DNA from: a virus
Virus record (IMG/VR): IMGVR_UViG_3300045988_165036
Location: 32,001-96,000 of that record
Length of the DNA stretch: 64,000 bases
Strand: one strand, 5' to 3'
Each line of letters opens with the position of its first letter. Position 1 is the stretch's first letter. The notes below the pieces were generated by a model. The model did no database searches and had not been told where the DNA came from. It saw only the letters and a list, made by a program, of their open reading frames with translations. A program made the translations under genes and the position numbers. This document shows positions 48,211-58,159 of this stretch, in pieces.

Positions 48211-48520
48211 ATCAAGAAAACGCATAATGCACGAATTACGAATTGAAAACGAAAGACTTAAAGCCTCACTGCGGGGGTGCCGTGAAGAGCTATTCGGATA
48301 TAAGCAAATGTATGATATACGAGAAATTAGCGGTGCCGTCCTTGTGCCGAATTATGTGAGCGACGAAGAAAGGCAACAATATTTCAACCGATTCAAAATG
48401 GAAATGTCTCACAAAATTTGCGACTATGCTGATAGCAAAATACGCATCACACGGATTGGCGAAGAGCCTTTCTTGGATTGCGTTAGATATGAAGCCAATG
48501 TCAAACTGGCGCTATTTTGA
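48200..48520 (+). CDS. hypothetical protein
   Basis: ORF 48191-48520. The first in-frame ATG is at 48200. Confidence 0.5.
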   Translation: MRNKSRKRIMHELRIENERLKASLRGCREELFGYKQMYDIREISGAVLVPNYVSDEERQQYFNRFKMEMSHKICDYADSKIRITRIGEEPFLDCVRYEANVKLALF

Positions 48521-48532
48521 TGGCGGGATAAA

Positions 48533-48844
48533 ATGTCTAATTATATTGATAGAGACCTTGCAATTGAAATGATAACAAATGATGCGCCCGACCTTGTTTA
48601 TTATAACAAAAAAGATGCAGTAGATTGCCTTAAATGCGTTCCGCTTGCAGATGTGGAAGAAGTGCGACATGCTAAGTGGATTTATAAAGGTCATCACGAG
48701 ATGATGGGTCACGCATTTCAATGTTCTGCGTGTGAGCGATAGATGTTTACTAATTCTCCAAACCACGTTGTCGAAGAATACCCCTATTGTCATTGTGGTG
48801 CGAAGATGGAAGACATCCAAGGATTTGGAGAAAACTATGATTGA
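48533..48844 (+). CDS. Zn-ribbon paralog of 47711-47932, split by an in-frame TAG (48740-48742)
   Basis: ..ADVEEVRHAKW..QCSACER-TAG-MFTNSPNHVVEEYPYCHCGAKMED.. parallels ..ADVEEIKHAKW..CTNCHH...FCPACGAKMME.. in the paralog. Confidence 0.5.
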
Positions 48845-49067
48845 TGAAGTAAGAGCTAAGAAAATTGTTGATGAGCTTGATAAGAGCTATCCAATGTTGG
48901 ACTATCAAAAAGAATTGATGATAAATATACTAGTTAATGAACGCCCCGACTATTCCTCTTATATTTTAAAGATGCAAAAACTTAATTTGTTATATCTACA
49001 ATATGTAAATAATATATTGTGTAAATCATTATTATTTAACAGAAAAGGAGACAAACGAAATGGATAA
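48837..49067 (+). CDS. hypothetical protein
   Basis: ATG 48837 with SD ggagaa. Confidence 0.5.
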   Translation: MIDEVRAKKIVDELDKSYPMLDYQKELMINILVNERPDYSSYILKMQKLNLLYLQYVNNILCKSLLFNRKGDKRNG

Positions 49068-49329
49068 TCAGAAATTTGTAGAACTTGCAAAAAAGGCTGT
49101 TGCAGATTATTTTAACAGCCACAAAGAAATTACCGACGAAGGTCGGCTAACGCCAGACGACGTCTATGTCGTATGGTTGTGTAAAACACTTCAAAACAAC
49201 AAGGCTCTTTTGAGCACAAATGTTTGGGATGGCATGTATTACGAAGCAACATATAACGGTGATAAAAACGAAATGTATTTGGATGCCTACAAAAAATGGG
49301 ACAACAAGTGTATTAAAAACGAAGAGTAA
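49060..49329 (+). CDS. hypothetical protein
   Basis: 89-aa ORF. SD aaaaggag. Confidence 0.6.
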   Translation: MDNQKFVELAKKAVADYFNSHKEITDEGRLTPDDVYVVWLCKTLQNNKALLSTNVWDGMYYEATYNGDKNEMYLDAYKKWDNKCIKNEE

Positions 49330-49371
49330 ATAAAACTATAATTTCATTAGCAAGAAAGGAGAACAATTAAG

Positions 49372-49599
49372 ATGGATGTGCATTTTCCATGCAGTTTCGG
49401 GGATACGGTTTACTATATTTCCGAAGTTGACAATACGACAATAAAAGAAGCCGTCGTTAGAGGGTTCCGCTTTTATCAATATTATACATTATATGATGTG
49501 TATGATAAAGAAGAAAATCGCTATTTTGTACTTGAATCCGATGAAATATATTTTACGAAAGAAGAAGCAGAAGAGGCTCTCGAAGAAGGAGAACAATAA
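49372..49599 (+). CDS. hypothetical protein
   Basis: 75-aa ORF. SD gaaaggag. Its 3' end is duplicated as a remnant at 53536-53637. Confidence 0.6.
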   Translation: MDVHFPCSFGDTVYYISEVDNTTIKEAVVRGFRFYQYYTLYDVYDKEENRYFVLESDEIYFTKEEAEEALEEGEQ

Positions 49600-49601
49600 T
49601 T

Positions 49602-49853
49602 ATGGAATACAAAAAGACAAAACTCCCATTTGTATTGGGAAGAAAATACAATAATCTTCTAAAAGATTATGAAGATGTGGTTTATAAGCTTGAAACTTTG
49701 TTGCTTACAGTAACCGGGAAGCTTTCAAAATCTACCTACCCGATCGATGTGATGCTGTCTGAATCAATTCGACACACAGAAGAGTTGGTCGACGAGGCAG
49801 TTGAAAGAGTTCTGAAAGAAAGTTTGGAGGTCGATGATGGCGACACAAACTAA
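49602..49853 (+). CDS. hypothetical protein
   Basis: 83-aa ORF. SD ggagaa. Confidence 0.55.
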   Translation: MEYKKTKLPFVLGRKYNNLLKDYEDVVYKLETLLLTVTGKLSKSTYPIDVMLSESIRHTEELVDEAVERVLKESLEVDDGDTN

Positions 49854-50877
49854 AAAATCATACCAGCAGCCAAAATTCTCATATTCTCGAACGGAAGTAT
49901 ATGAGAATTGTCCCTACCGATATTATCTTCAATATGTGAAAGGGCATTATATTCCGGTAACAAGTCTTGCAATTTCATACGGACAAATTGTCCACAAAAT
50001 AAATCAGCTCCAAACCGAGATGCTTCTCGCCGGGAAACCCATCGACTATCCGATGCTGAAAGATTATTTCCAAAATGTGAACATTCCAAAGAAAAGTCCG
50101 AAAGACAAGGATGGAGATATTTTCGGAGTAAACATTCTTCGACGGATGTTCCCCGACGATTGGGAGGCTCTCGACAAAACAGGAAGAACATTCGAAGAGA
50201 AGGCACAAGCGTTTTTGGAAAGAGGGATTTATCGGCAAGAAGAGTATCTTGCAGAACATCCGGAACTCAAACTTTTTGCCGCAGAAATGCCGTTTGAATA
50301 TTACTTCGACAAAGTTCTTTTCACGGGTTCAATTGACCGCGTTCTTCGATGCCGCGATGACCCGAAGCACTTTGTAATCCACGACCTAAAGACAAGTGCG
50401 GAAGCATATGACGAGAAGAAGCTGGCAAGTCCCCGACAGATGTGGGTTTATGTCGGGGCGCTAAAGGAGCGGTTTGGGGATGACATTCAAGTTGATTGTG
50501 AATACGAATTCCCGGTAGCGGAAGAAACGCGGAGGGCTGGAACTAAGGGTTGGGAGAAGCGTTGCGGAACGAAGATGCGAAAAATACTGGATAATATTTT
50601 CAACGAAAACTGGACGGCGCACCCGTCTCCGCTGTGCTTCTACTGCGCGTTTTGTAATAACAATCCGAATCAACCGGCAGGAGCGGTGAATCTTTGCCCG
50701 TATTATAGTCTCTGGACTCCACAGGATAGATCGTTTGCTGTTCGGCTCCCGTGGCAAGGAATTGAGATGGATGAAATTCAGCACAAAAAACTTGAACAGC
50801 TCGAAGCGCTGGATAACGAGTTCGCCGACAAAATTGAAGAAGAAGCGGCGGAACTGGATGATGATTGGGACCTCTAA
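49834..50877 (+). CDS. PD-(D/E)XK nuclease, Cas4/RecB-like with Cys cluster
   Basis: GSIDRVL...VIHDLKTS nuclease motifs. N-terminal Cys (ENCPYRYY) plus C-terminal CFYCAFC...CPYY, as in Cas4-type Fe-S nucleases. Confidence 0.75.
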   Translation: MMATQTKKSYQQPKFSYSRTEVYENCPYRYYLQYVKGHYIPVTSLAISYGQIVHKINQLQTEMLLAGKPIDYPMLKDYFQNVNIPKKSPKDKDGDIFGVNILRRMFPDDWEALDKTGRTFEEKAQAFLERGIYRQEEYLAEHPELKLFAAEMPFEYYFDKVLFTGSIDRVLRCRDDPKHFVIHDLKTSAEAYDEKKLASPRQMWVYVGALKERFGDDIQVDCEYEFPVAEETRRAGTKGWEKRCGTKMRKILDNIFNENWTAHPSPLCFYCAFCNNNPNQPAGAVNLCPYYSLWTPQDRSFAVRLPWQGIEMDEIQHKKLEQLEALDNEFADKIEEEAAELDDDWDL

Positions 50878-50910
50878 AAAAAATAATTTAAAGAAATTTT
50901 TGAAAACCTC

Positions 50911-50939
50911 TTGACTTTTCTTATAAAGTGTAGTATAAT
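50911..50939 (+). promoter_or_regulatory. sigma70/sigmaA-type promoter
   Basis: TTGACT 50911-50916, 17-bp spacer, TATAAT 50934-50939. Confidence 0.7.
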
Positions 50940-50972
50940 ATAGTCAAGAAAAAAAGAGAGAGGTAAAGTAAA

Positions 50973-51497
50973 ATGGCTGAGGTAATTTTTTGCAAGTGTG
51001 GACACATCCATGTTGTATCGGATGAGCAGATCGATAAGGCAATTGCAAACAACAAAGACCATTTGCTTATTTGTGCTGCCTGTGGGGCAACCTATGCAAT
51101 TGGAGCTGATTATATGGGTTCTGAGGAAGGATACTACATGCATAGATATAATCTCAATGAAGGAGAAATAATGTCTCCTGATAACATCAAGGAACGTTTC
51201 AGTGAAGTTGTTTATTCCAAGGGCTATGCGGTTCCCATGATGAACGGTTGCTTGGCGAATTATTATTTCGACGGAAGATTTTCTGACACAAGTGCACTCA
51301 CGACAATCGAAATTAAGCATCGGATGTTTCAGGACCAGATTTCGTTTGAGGAAGCATTTAAACGAATTAACAAGGACAGATGTACTGTTAACATGAAACT
51401 GTTTATTTGCTGGACTCCTGATTCTGTGCTTAAGTGGTTGTGTTCGTATCATATCAAGGGATTCAACTGGTGTGGCACTGAATACGACGAGAAGTAA
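50973..51497 (+). CDS. Cys-containing hypothetical protein (tandem paralog A)
   Basis: VIFCKCGHIHVVSDEQ...LLICAACGATY...IKGFNWCGTEYDEK. Confidence 0.6.
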   Translation: MAEVIFCKCGHIHVVSDEQIDKAIANNKDHLLICAACGATYAIGADYMGSEEGYYMHRYNLNEGEIMSPDNIKERFSEVVYSKGYAVPMMNGCLANYYFDGRFSDTSALTTIEIKHRMFQDQISFEEAFKRINKDRCTVNMKLFICWTPDSVLKWLCSYHIKGFNWCGTEYDEK

Positions 51498-51527
51498 ACT
51501 TTAAAAAAGAGAAAGAGGTAAGATAAA

Positions 51528-52007
51528 ATGTTTCAAGATGATGTTCTTTTCTGCGGCTGCGGCCACATTCATGTTGTATCTGGAAAGGATTATTCCGATG
51601 CTGTCGAAGCAGGCAAAGAGAATCTCCTGATCTGTGGTAACTGCGGGGCGATGTACATTCATGGTGCAGAGGAGGTCGAGGGCGGCTATTCTCTGTATCG
51701 ACACGAACTCCCTCAGAATCTCATGACAAGCGAAAACAACTACTCCACAGACCTCACTGATTACCTGAAGAGATTTTATAAGGTGAACTATTCGGTGTGT
51801 TATGGTGTTCCGATGACCACTGGTTATTTCGCGGATACGCTTTTCTGTGGAAGCTTTCTCGACAATACGCACGATGATAATAACCAGCGGGTCGATATGA
51901 CGAGGTTTCTTCAAATAACTCCCGACCACGTTCTCAAGATGGTAAGTCAATACTACATCAGAGCCTTCAACTGGTCGAATACGAAATACGAACGGAAGAC
52001 AGTATAA
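51528..52007 (+). CDS. Cys-containing hypothetical protein (tandem paralog B)
   Basis: VLFCGCGHIHVVSGKD...LLICGNCGAMY...IRAFNWSNTKYERK. Collinear with 50973-51497. Confidence 0.6.
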   Translation: MFQDDVLFCGCGHIHVVSGKDYSDAVEAGKENLLICGNCGAMYIHGAEEVEGGYSLYRHELPQNLMTSENNYSTDLTDYLKRFYKVNYSVCYGVPMTTGYFADTLFCGSFLDNTHDDNNQRVDMTRFLQITPDHVLKMVSQYYIRAFNWSNTKYERKTV

Positions 52008-52066
52008 GAAATACTAAAAATTAGAGTTTGTGGAAAACCTCTTCAAAACCACGGAGAGGAAATATT

Positions 52067-52444
52067 ATGCTTACCACTTACAAAACTGCTGAACAGAAAT
52101 ATCTTTTCGAAGCCTACGCGAACGAAGAAGGATTCATCACTCAAGAAACCGTCGACAAGCTCTCCGATATGCTTTCCGATGATGTCTATGTTCGTCCGGA
52201 AGGAGGATGTGACTACAAGACGAAGGCGACCAATGCAGAAAAGAAGTTCCTTGCGCAGCTTCTCGGAGCTGGACTCTTGGCAATCAGAGACGGAGGCGAA
52301 TTCTATTCGGTTGCGAATGCTCTTGAATATATGTTCGTGCGTTGGAACTCCGACAGCAAGGGAAGACATCTGAACAGTTATTTGACTTTCTACTGTCCTC
52401 TCGCAAGACTGTGCGGAAGAGGGGAGAAAGAAAATGAAAAATAA
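52067..52444 (+). CDS. hypothetical protein
   Basis: ATG 52067 with SD ggagagga. Confidence 0.55.
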   Translation: MLTTYKTAEQKYLFEAYANEEGFITQETVDKLSDMLSDDVYVRPEGGCDYKTKATNAEKKFLAQLLGAGLLAIRDGGEFYSVANALEYMFVRWNSDSKGRHLNSYLTFYCPLARLCGRGEKENEK

Positions 52445-52730
52445 AGGATTGAAGAGGGTAAGCAGGAGGCGTCTTAAGCAGATATATCCTAATAAGAAGC
52501 TTTCCATAGGACTTTCCTATTATGTCGGAATGACGACCGAACTGGAGTATGTATTGATCGCCAAGATGAATTTCTTCGGAGGATTGATTACTATTCTTGG
52601 AGCTCCTGTTTTTATTCTGATTGAAGGAGTAGCGTCTTATAAGGAGACCCTTTTGTCTGACATTCATCGTGAGGAGTCCTGTACTATCCTCCAGGAAAAT
52701 TACGAAAGATTGTTGAATAAAAGACTCTGA
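52434..52730 (+). CDS. hypothetical membrane protein
   Basis: 98-aa ORF with hydrophobic segment FFGGLITILGAPVFILIEGV. Confidence 0.5.
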   Translation: MKNKGLKRVSRRRLKQIYPNKKLSIGLSYYVGMTTELEYVLIAKMNFFGGLITILGAPVFILIEGVASYKETLLSDIHREESCTILQENYERLLNKRL

Positions 52731-52848
52731 GTTGAGACAGACTGAGTTCTTTTTGATGAGAAGAGGCGGAGGATGCTTCTCCTTCAAACAAAAATATTTT
52801 TTCAAAAGAAAGTTTTATTAAGAAAGAACAAGGAGGAACAACCTCACA

Positions 52849-53145
52849 ATGACGAATATTTACGAGGCGTGCGACGGCAGACAATTTACCGACTATAAAA
52901 CCGCTACAGACTACGAAACTTTATTACAAACTTTTGTGCTTTTCACCGATGATGGAGATATTACCTTCGGTCTTGGTGCTGCGATGTATCTTTTTTGCCC
53001 TACGGTTGATAGTATTAACAACTTTAATCATTGCTATAAAGATAGACTGTCTCGTCTCATCGATGATAGAGTACCGGGGCTATATATTAAACAAGAGGGA
53101 TGTTTTATGGATCCGATTTTTGTAAAGATGTCTTCGAATGAATAA
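52849..53145 (+). CDS. hypothetical protein
   Basis: 98-aa ORF. SD aaggagg. Confidence 0.55.
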   Translation: MTNIYEACDGRQFTDYKTATDYETLLQTFVLFTDDGDITFGLGAAMYLFCPTVDSINNFNHCYKDRLSRLIDDRVPGLYIKQEGCFMDPIFVKMSSNE

Positions 53146-53202
53146 GTTGTTTTAGTTCGGCACAGTCTATTAAACATTAAAAATTAGAAAAGGAGAAGTT
53201 TT

Positions 53203-53346
53203 ATGAAAATTGTTTTGATTTGCTTAGCATCGCTAATTCTTGTTACGGTTTTGCTTTTTTTAATAGCCTGCTGTATGGTATCGGGAAGGTGCTCGAAGCA
53301 GGAAGAACTAAGGAATAGGATGACCGAGTATGAGGAGACTTTTTAA
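53203..53346 (+). CDS. small membrane peptide (47 aa)
   Basis: SD aaaggag. MKIVLICLASLILVTVLLFLIACC hydrophobic N-terminus. Confidence 0.45.
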   Translation: MKIVLICLASLILVTVLLFLIACCMVSGRCSKQEELRNRMTEYEETF

Positions 53347-53535
53347 TTATTTCTTAGAGTGGTATTATAGAGAATGCTATGCTTGCAGATATAGGCATCG
53401 ATGGGATGCGTGTTACGAATGCAAGTGTCGAGGAAAACATTCGCTGTGGCGACGAAAATAGCTTCCTTTGAAGGATATAGATCATAAAAAAGAAAGGAAG
53501 ATGGTTTTTATTATGAACAGAAATAATAAAATTTT

Positions 53536-53637
53536 TCAGAATATGATGTGTATAATAAAGAAGAAGATGACTACTTTGTATTGGAATCAGACAACATATA
53601 TTTTACGAGGGAAGAAGCGAAAGGAGAATTAAAATGA
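53536..53637 (+). pseudogene. start-less 3' remnant paralogous to gene 49372-49599
   Basis: Translates ..EYDVYNKEEDDYFVLESDNIYFTREEAKGELK*, versus ..LYDVYDKEENRYFVLESDEIYFTKEEAEEAL.. in the intact gene. TAA stops lie immediately upstream and there is no start codon. Confidence 0.6.
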
Positions 53638-53882
53638 ACGAAGCCTATCTTGTCGTGAAAGGGAGGAAAGAAATGAGTAAATGTGATTGCTATCAATTTG
53701 AAACCAAAAGACGCTATTTATCAAACATTGACAAAATAACTTACACATTGGCCACTGAAAGGCTTGCGCCCGAATATATTGATGAAGAAGTTGGTGTTTG
53801 TTATGGCACTAAAGAAAAAGATGTTTGTAATTGCGGTGGAGATTGGAGAGTATTGGGGAACAGATCCGATTTATTATGTTGA
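53634..53882 (+). CDS. Cys-rich hypothetical protein
   Basis: 82-aa ORF. SD aaaggag. Confidence 0.5.
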   Translation: MNEAYLVVKGRKEMSKCDCYQFETKRRYLSNIDKITYTLATERLAPEYIDEEVGVCYGTKEKDVCNCGGDWRVLGNRSDLLC

Positions 53883-53965
53883 CTCTAAAAACAAGGAAGA
53901 AGACGGAGCGGCGAAATTGTGTTGTAAAATTCTGGAAGCAATTCGGGTGTCACGGGGAGGAATCG

Positions 53966-54277
53966 ATGGAGAAAATTCTTGAAAACACGCCAGAAACACA
54001 CGAATATCTCGAATCGCTTCCAAAGATTTATATGATCGCCTGTTGGGCGGGATATGGTGTTCGAGAATTTCCATTCGCTGGAAAGTATACGATAGATGGT
54101 ATTCCGTTTGTGTGGATATATGACGACTGTAACGGGACTTGCGATTGTTATTTCGTGCGCAAATTAACTCACACAACAACCGGCTGGATTTATGCTTGGA
54201 CGACAAGCAAGAGTCGCGCTGAAGAGATTGCGAGGGCATTAAATGAGGTTGCAGGGGAAGGTTGGAGGAATCAATGA
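53966..54277 (+). CDS. hypothetical protein
   Basis: ATG 53966 with SD ggggagg. Lies within the longer ORF 53831-54277. Confidence 0.55.
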   Translation: MEKILENTPETHEYLESLPKIYMIACWAGYGVREFPFAGKYTIDGIPFVWIYDDCNGTCDCYFVRKLTHTTTGWIYAWTTSKSRAEEIARALNEVAGEGWRNQ

Positions 54278-54378
54278 TGTCAATTATCTTGTCTTCAATT
54301 GCTATCGTTTCATCTGTCGTTTCACTTTTCATTGTGCTTTCGATAGATCGAGATAACGAGAATTAAATTATTTTTTCA

Positions 54379-54405
54379 AAAAGCCCTTGACAACTGAGGG
54401 CTTTT
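54379..54405 (+). terminator. terminator-like hairpin whose loop carries the -35 box
   Basis: aaaagccct (54379-54387) pairs perfectly with agggctttt (54397-54405). Confidence 0.45.
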
Positions 54406-54415
54406 GTGGTATACT
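54387..54415 (+). promoter_or_regulatory. sigma70/sigmaA-type promoter
   Basis: TTGACA 54387-54392, 17-bp spacer, TGgTATACT ending at 54415. Confidence 0.75.
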
Positions 54416-54444
54416 GTTTCCAGAAAGAAAAAGGAGTAAGTACA

Positions 54445-54621
54445 ATGTGTAAAAATATCTCAACAAACAACATTCTTTACAAAAATTTAGATGTTTCTAC
54501 TCCTATCACAACAGAAGTGATTTTACCAAAAGATATGGTGATTTTTATACCAGAAGATTCGTTTGCAAAGGAAAGGGGATTAAAGTGTCAACAAGTAGAA
54601 TTATCGTCGAGGGGTTTGTAA
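54445..54621 (+). CDS. small hypothetical ORF overlapping the helicase start
   Basis: ATG 54445 with SD aaaggag. 58 aa. Confidence 0.35.
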   Translation: MCKNISTNNILYKNLDVSTPITTEVILPKDMVIFIPEDSFAKERGLKCQQVELSSRGL

Positions 54622-56924
54622 ATAAGCAAATCTTTCCTCGGACAAAAGTAAAAAGTGGCGATTTCGCCATATTTACGTTTTCACCGGAAAGTGTAATCGG
54701 CGAAATCGACAAGCGGGCTAAAAATCCAAAATATAGAACCGACGATATAACATTTAAGGGTCGTGTCCCCGAACTCGATGGCGGAACAAGATATAAAATA
54801 ACCGCAGACCTCAAGCAGGACGCAAAATATGGCTGGCAGTATGATATCGTCAGCATTAACTCCGTTGTTAAACTCGACACAGAGGCAGATGTTAGAAAGT
54901 TTCTCGGTTATGTTTTTACGGAAAATCAAATCAACGCACTATACGAAGCATATCCGAACCCCGTTGAGATTCTGGAGCGCGGAGATATCGAGGCGCTGTG
55001 TAAAATCAAGGGAATCAAAGAGGCAAAAGCAGAAAAGCTTTTAAGTAAGTATAATGCCTCCAAAGATAGTAGTAAGGCATATATGACACTGTCGGAGTTT
55101 GGGCTGTCAAAGGCAACCATAAACCGTTTGGTTGAACATTATGGCTCCGCAGATATTCTCGCCGAAAAAGTAAAAAATAACCCATACGCACTGATTGGAG
55201 AGGGCGTTCGAATCGGCTGGTCGAAGGCGGACGGTATGGCGTTGCGAAAAGGAATCCCAACAAATTCTCAGTTTCGAATTAACGCATATGCGCTGTATTA
55301 TTTGAGAAACCTTGCGGAGCTTGACGGTCACACGTGGGTTCCGTTAGAAGCTCTTGGTTCCGGCATTAAAGGATTGTCCACAGATATCTCCACCGAAATG
55401 GTAAAAAGAGAACTTCAAGGAATGGTCGAAAACAAAACGCTGTTTTACGACAGGGAGACAAAGCGAATCGGACTTATGAAATATCGAAAGCTCGAAGAGA
55501 TGATTTGTCGCGAGCTTTTGAGACTTCAGGACGCAGAGTGTCGCAAAATGGAGTTCGTTGAAGAGACAATCGCGGAGTGCGAGGAAACCGTTGGTTTCCA
55601 ATATACCGAAGAACAGAAAGATGCGATACGAAATTTAGTGAATAAAAACGTCATTTTAATGACGGCTCTCGGAGGTAGTGGCAAGACAACGTTGATGTAT
55701 CCAGTCTCTCGGATCTTCAGAAGGAATGGATTAGGTTTCGAAATCTGCGCTCTCTCTGGGAAAGCATCGCTAAACCTTCATGAGATCACGAAAGAAGATG
55801 GTAAAACAATTCATCGCCTTCTTGGATGGAATCCAAAGTTCGGTGGACCGACCTTCACAAAGAAAAATCCTCTAAAAACCGATGTCGTTATTTTGGACGA
55901 AGTTTCAATGGTCGGTGGAGAGTTGTTTTATTCGTTAATTTCTGCGATTCCCGATGGCGGTCGTCTGATTATGCTGGGAGACCCCGGGCAGTTGGAGTCA
56001 ATTGGTTTGTGTAACCTGATTTCAGATATTCAAAACTCTAGGAAGATAACAAACGTAAAACTGACAAAGATATTTCGTCAGGCGCAGCGCTCAGGGATAA
56101 TCACGGACTCTCACAAGGTTTATAATCAAGTTCCAATTATCCCGCAGAAGTTCCACGGAGAAGAAATCCACGGAGAGCTAAAAGATCTAAAAATCATAAC
56201 AAAGTCTTCTTCTGAAGAATGCCTCGAAACAATCAAAAGAGAGTTTAAGCGACTTTACTTCGACGAGAATATTCCGATCGAAGACATTTTGATTCTTTCC
56301 GCAAAGCGTTCAATGGGAGATTTGTCTGGACTGTCAATCAACCACGAAATTCAGAGTATGATTCAATTCGAGGACGAAAACCCGCTAAAAATCACATATT
56401 CTGATGAAATCAAATATGATGTATTGTATCACGTTGGTGATAGAGTGATTGTGATGAAAAACAATTATGAGGCAAAAACACCAGAAGGAAATACAATAGA
56501 AATTTTTAATGGAAACATCGGTACAGTAATTGCTAAAGATAATTTCCGCCGACAACTCGTTGTTCGTCTCACTCAAGGAGATGTCATCATTGAGGGAGAT
56601 ATGTTGCTTGAACTTCAACTCGGATATGCAATTTCTTGCCACCGAGCGCAAGGTTCCGGTTTTCCATACGTCATTGTGGCGTGCGACCCCGTGGCGTATC
56701 AACTTCTCACAAAGCAATGGTTGTATACGGCACTGTCGAGAGCAAAGAAGTATTGTGTTCTTGTTGGGACAGACAAATCAATCAATCAGTGTATTAAAAC
56801 AGACAGGGTGACAAGAAAATCAACGTGGCTTGCAGAGTTGCTGATGTTCCCCGAAAGAATTTGTTGTATTCGGATGACGGATTCAACGCAAGACGAAAGA
56901 ATTCAAATAGATATGGAGGATTAA
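54585..56924 (+). CDS. RecD-like SF1 helicase
   Basis: ALGGSGKTT (Walker A), VILDEVSMV, GDPGQLESIG, SCHRAQGSGFPYVIV. Confidence 0.85.
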   Translation: MSTSRIIVEGFVNKQIFPRTKVKSGDFAIFTFSPESVIGEIDKRAKNPKYRTDDITFKGRVPELDGGTRYKITADLKQDAKYGWQYDIVSINSVVKLDTEADVRKFLGYVFTENQINALYEAYPNPVEILERGDIEALCKIKGIKEAKAEKLLSKYNASKDSSKAYMTLSEFGLSKATINRLVEHYGSADILAEKVKNNPYALIGEGVRIGWSKADGMALRKGIPTNSQFRINAYALYYLRNLAELDGHTWVPLEALGSGIKGLSTDISTEMVKRELQGMVENKTLFYDRETKRIGLMKYRKLEEMICRELLRLQDAECRKMEFVEETIAECEETVGFQYTEEQKDAIRNLVNKNVILMTALGGSGKTTLMYPVSRIFRRNGLGFEICALSGKASLNLHEITKEDGKTIHRLLGWNPKFGGPTFTKKNPLKTDVVILDEVSMVGGELFYSLISAIPDGGRLIMLGDPGQLESIGLCNLISDIQNSRKITNVKLTKIFRQAQRSGIITDSHKVYNQVPIIPQKFHGEEIHGELKDLKIITKSSSEECLETIKREFKRLYFDENIPIEDILILSAKRSMGDLSGLSINHEIQSMIQFEDENPLKITYSDEIKYDVLYHVGDRVIVMKNNYEAKTPEGNTIEIFNGNIGTVIAKDNFRRQLVVRLTQGDVIIEGDMLLELQLGYAISCHRAQGSGFPYVIVACDPVAYQLLTKQWLYTALSRAKKYCVLVGTDKSINQCIKTDRVTRKSTWLAELLMFPERICCIRMTDSTQDERIQIDMED

Positions 56925-56958
56925 TCGATGCTAATAATTTATATGGAGCGCAAGAGCA

Positions 56959-56978
56959 CCCGTGGCTTTAGTCGTGGG
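56959..56978 (+). repeat. left-end subterminal imperfect palindrome of TnpB element 2
   Basis: The reverse complement of cccgtggctttagtcgtggg (cccacgactaaagccacggg) resembles the right-end motif ctcacgactaaagtcgcgag (58231-58250). Confidence 0.4.
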
Positions 56979-57043
56979 ATGAATTGCGCTTAGAATGTTA
57001 TAAATTAAACAATATATTAAAAATCAAAAAGGAGGTGAAGGGC

Positions 57044-58159
57044 GTGGAAAAGGCTTATAAATACCGCATATACCCAAACGAACGGCAAAAAGAAATAATT
57101 GCAAAAACATTTGGTTGTTGCCGATTTGTATATAACAAATATCTTGCAGAAAAGATTGAATTATATAAAACCGAAAAGAAAAACATAACATATGTTAAAT
57201 GTGCAAAAGCAATGTCTGAATTGAAAAACGAGCTTGAATGGCTTACGGAAGTCGATTCCACGGCTCTTCAATCCTCGTTAAAAGACTTAGATAACGCTTA
57301 TAAAAAATTTTTCAAAGAACATGCGGGTTATCCAAAATTCAAAAGCAAGAAAGATAATCATAAGTCTTACAAATCTAAATACACAAATGGTAATATAGAA
57401 TATCTGAACAACCACATTAAACTACCGAAACTTGGTTTGGTAAAAACGAGAAACAAGTTAATACCGCAAGGAAGGATAGTTAATGCAACAATATCACAAG
57501 AACCAACTGGAAAGTATTTTGTATCGTTGTGTTGTGTGGGCGTGAATATTCAGCCATTACCAACCACAAACAATTTGGTCGGTATAGATTTGGGGATTAA
57601 AGAATTCTGTATAACCAGTGATGGTGAGCTTGTGAACAACCCGAAATATCTTAAACAATCTCTTGACAAGCTTGCGAAAGTGCAGAGAGAACTATCTCGA
57701 AAAACAAAAGGTGGCTCTAACCGCAATAAAGCAAGAATAAAAGTTGCGAGATTGTACGAGAAGGTTTCTAATCAACGAAGAGACTTTTTGCAAAAACTTT
57801 CAACGCAAATAATAAAAGAAAATGACATGATTTGTCTCGAAGATTTGCAAGTTAAGAATATGGTTAAAAACCATAAACTTGCACGAGCAATCAACGATGT
57901 TTCTTGGTCGGAGTTTGTAAGAGAATTAGAATATAAAGCTCGTTGGTATGGAAGGACGGTAATTAAAGTCAGCAAATTCTTTCCGAGTTCACAGACTTGC
58001 AGTATTTGCGGTTGTAAAAATGCAGAAACAAAAAGTCTTAAGGTTAGAGAGTGGGATTGCCCCGTTTGTCACGCACACCATGACAGAGATGTAAATGCGG
58101 CGATAAATATTTTAAACGAAGGATTAAATGTTTGGCGGAATGAGAAAAATATGTTATAA
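57044..58159 (+). CDS. tnpB: TnpB RNA-guided nuclease (IS200/IS605 OrfB family)
   Basis: N-terminus [17 protein letters not shown]. RuvC triad contexts GIDLGIKE / CLEDLQ / [10 protein letters not shown]. Zn-ribbon CSICG..CPVC. SD aaaggagg 7 nt before GTG 57044. Confidence 0.9.
   Translation: MEKAYKYRIYPNERQKEIIAKTFGCCRFVYNKYLAEKIELYKTEKKNITYVKCAKAMSELKNELEWLTEVDSTALQSSLKDLDNAYKKFFKEHAGYPKFKSKKDNHKSYKSKYTNGNIEYLNNHIKLPKLGLVKTRNKLIPQGRIVNATISQEPTGKYFVSLCCVGVNIQPLPTTNNLVGIDLGIKEFCITSDGELVNNPKYLKQSLDKLAKVQRELSRKTKGGSNRNKARIKVARLYEKVSNQRRDFLQKLSTQIIKENDMICLEDLQVKNMVKNHKLARAINDVSWSEFVRELEYKARWYGRTVIKVSKFFPSSQTCSICGCKNAETKSLKVREWDCPVCHAHHDRDVNAAINILNEGLNVWRNEKNML

Noticed and set aside
32959-48742. 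Genome-wide stop-codon reassignment (TAA or TAG read as sense) to explain the in-frame stops.
   Set aside because: TAA, TAG and TGA all terminate many well-defined genes here at natural ends (for example TAA at 6694, 14563 and 47554; TAG at 25941 and 28240; TGA at 24512). The interruptions are single events in accessory genes. Local mutation or error is more parsimonious.
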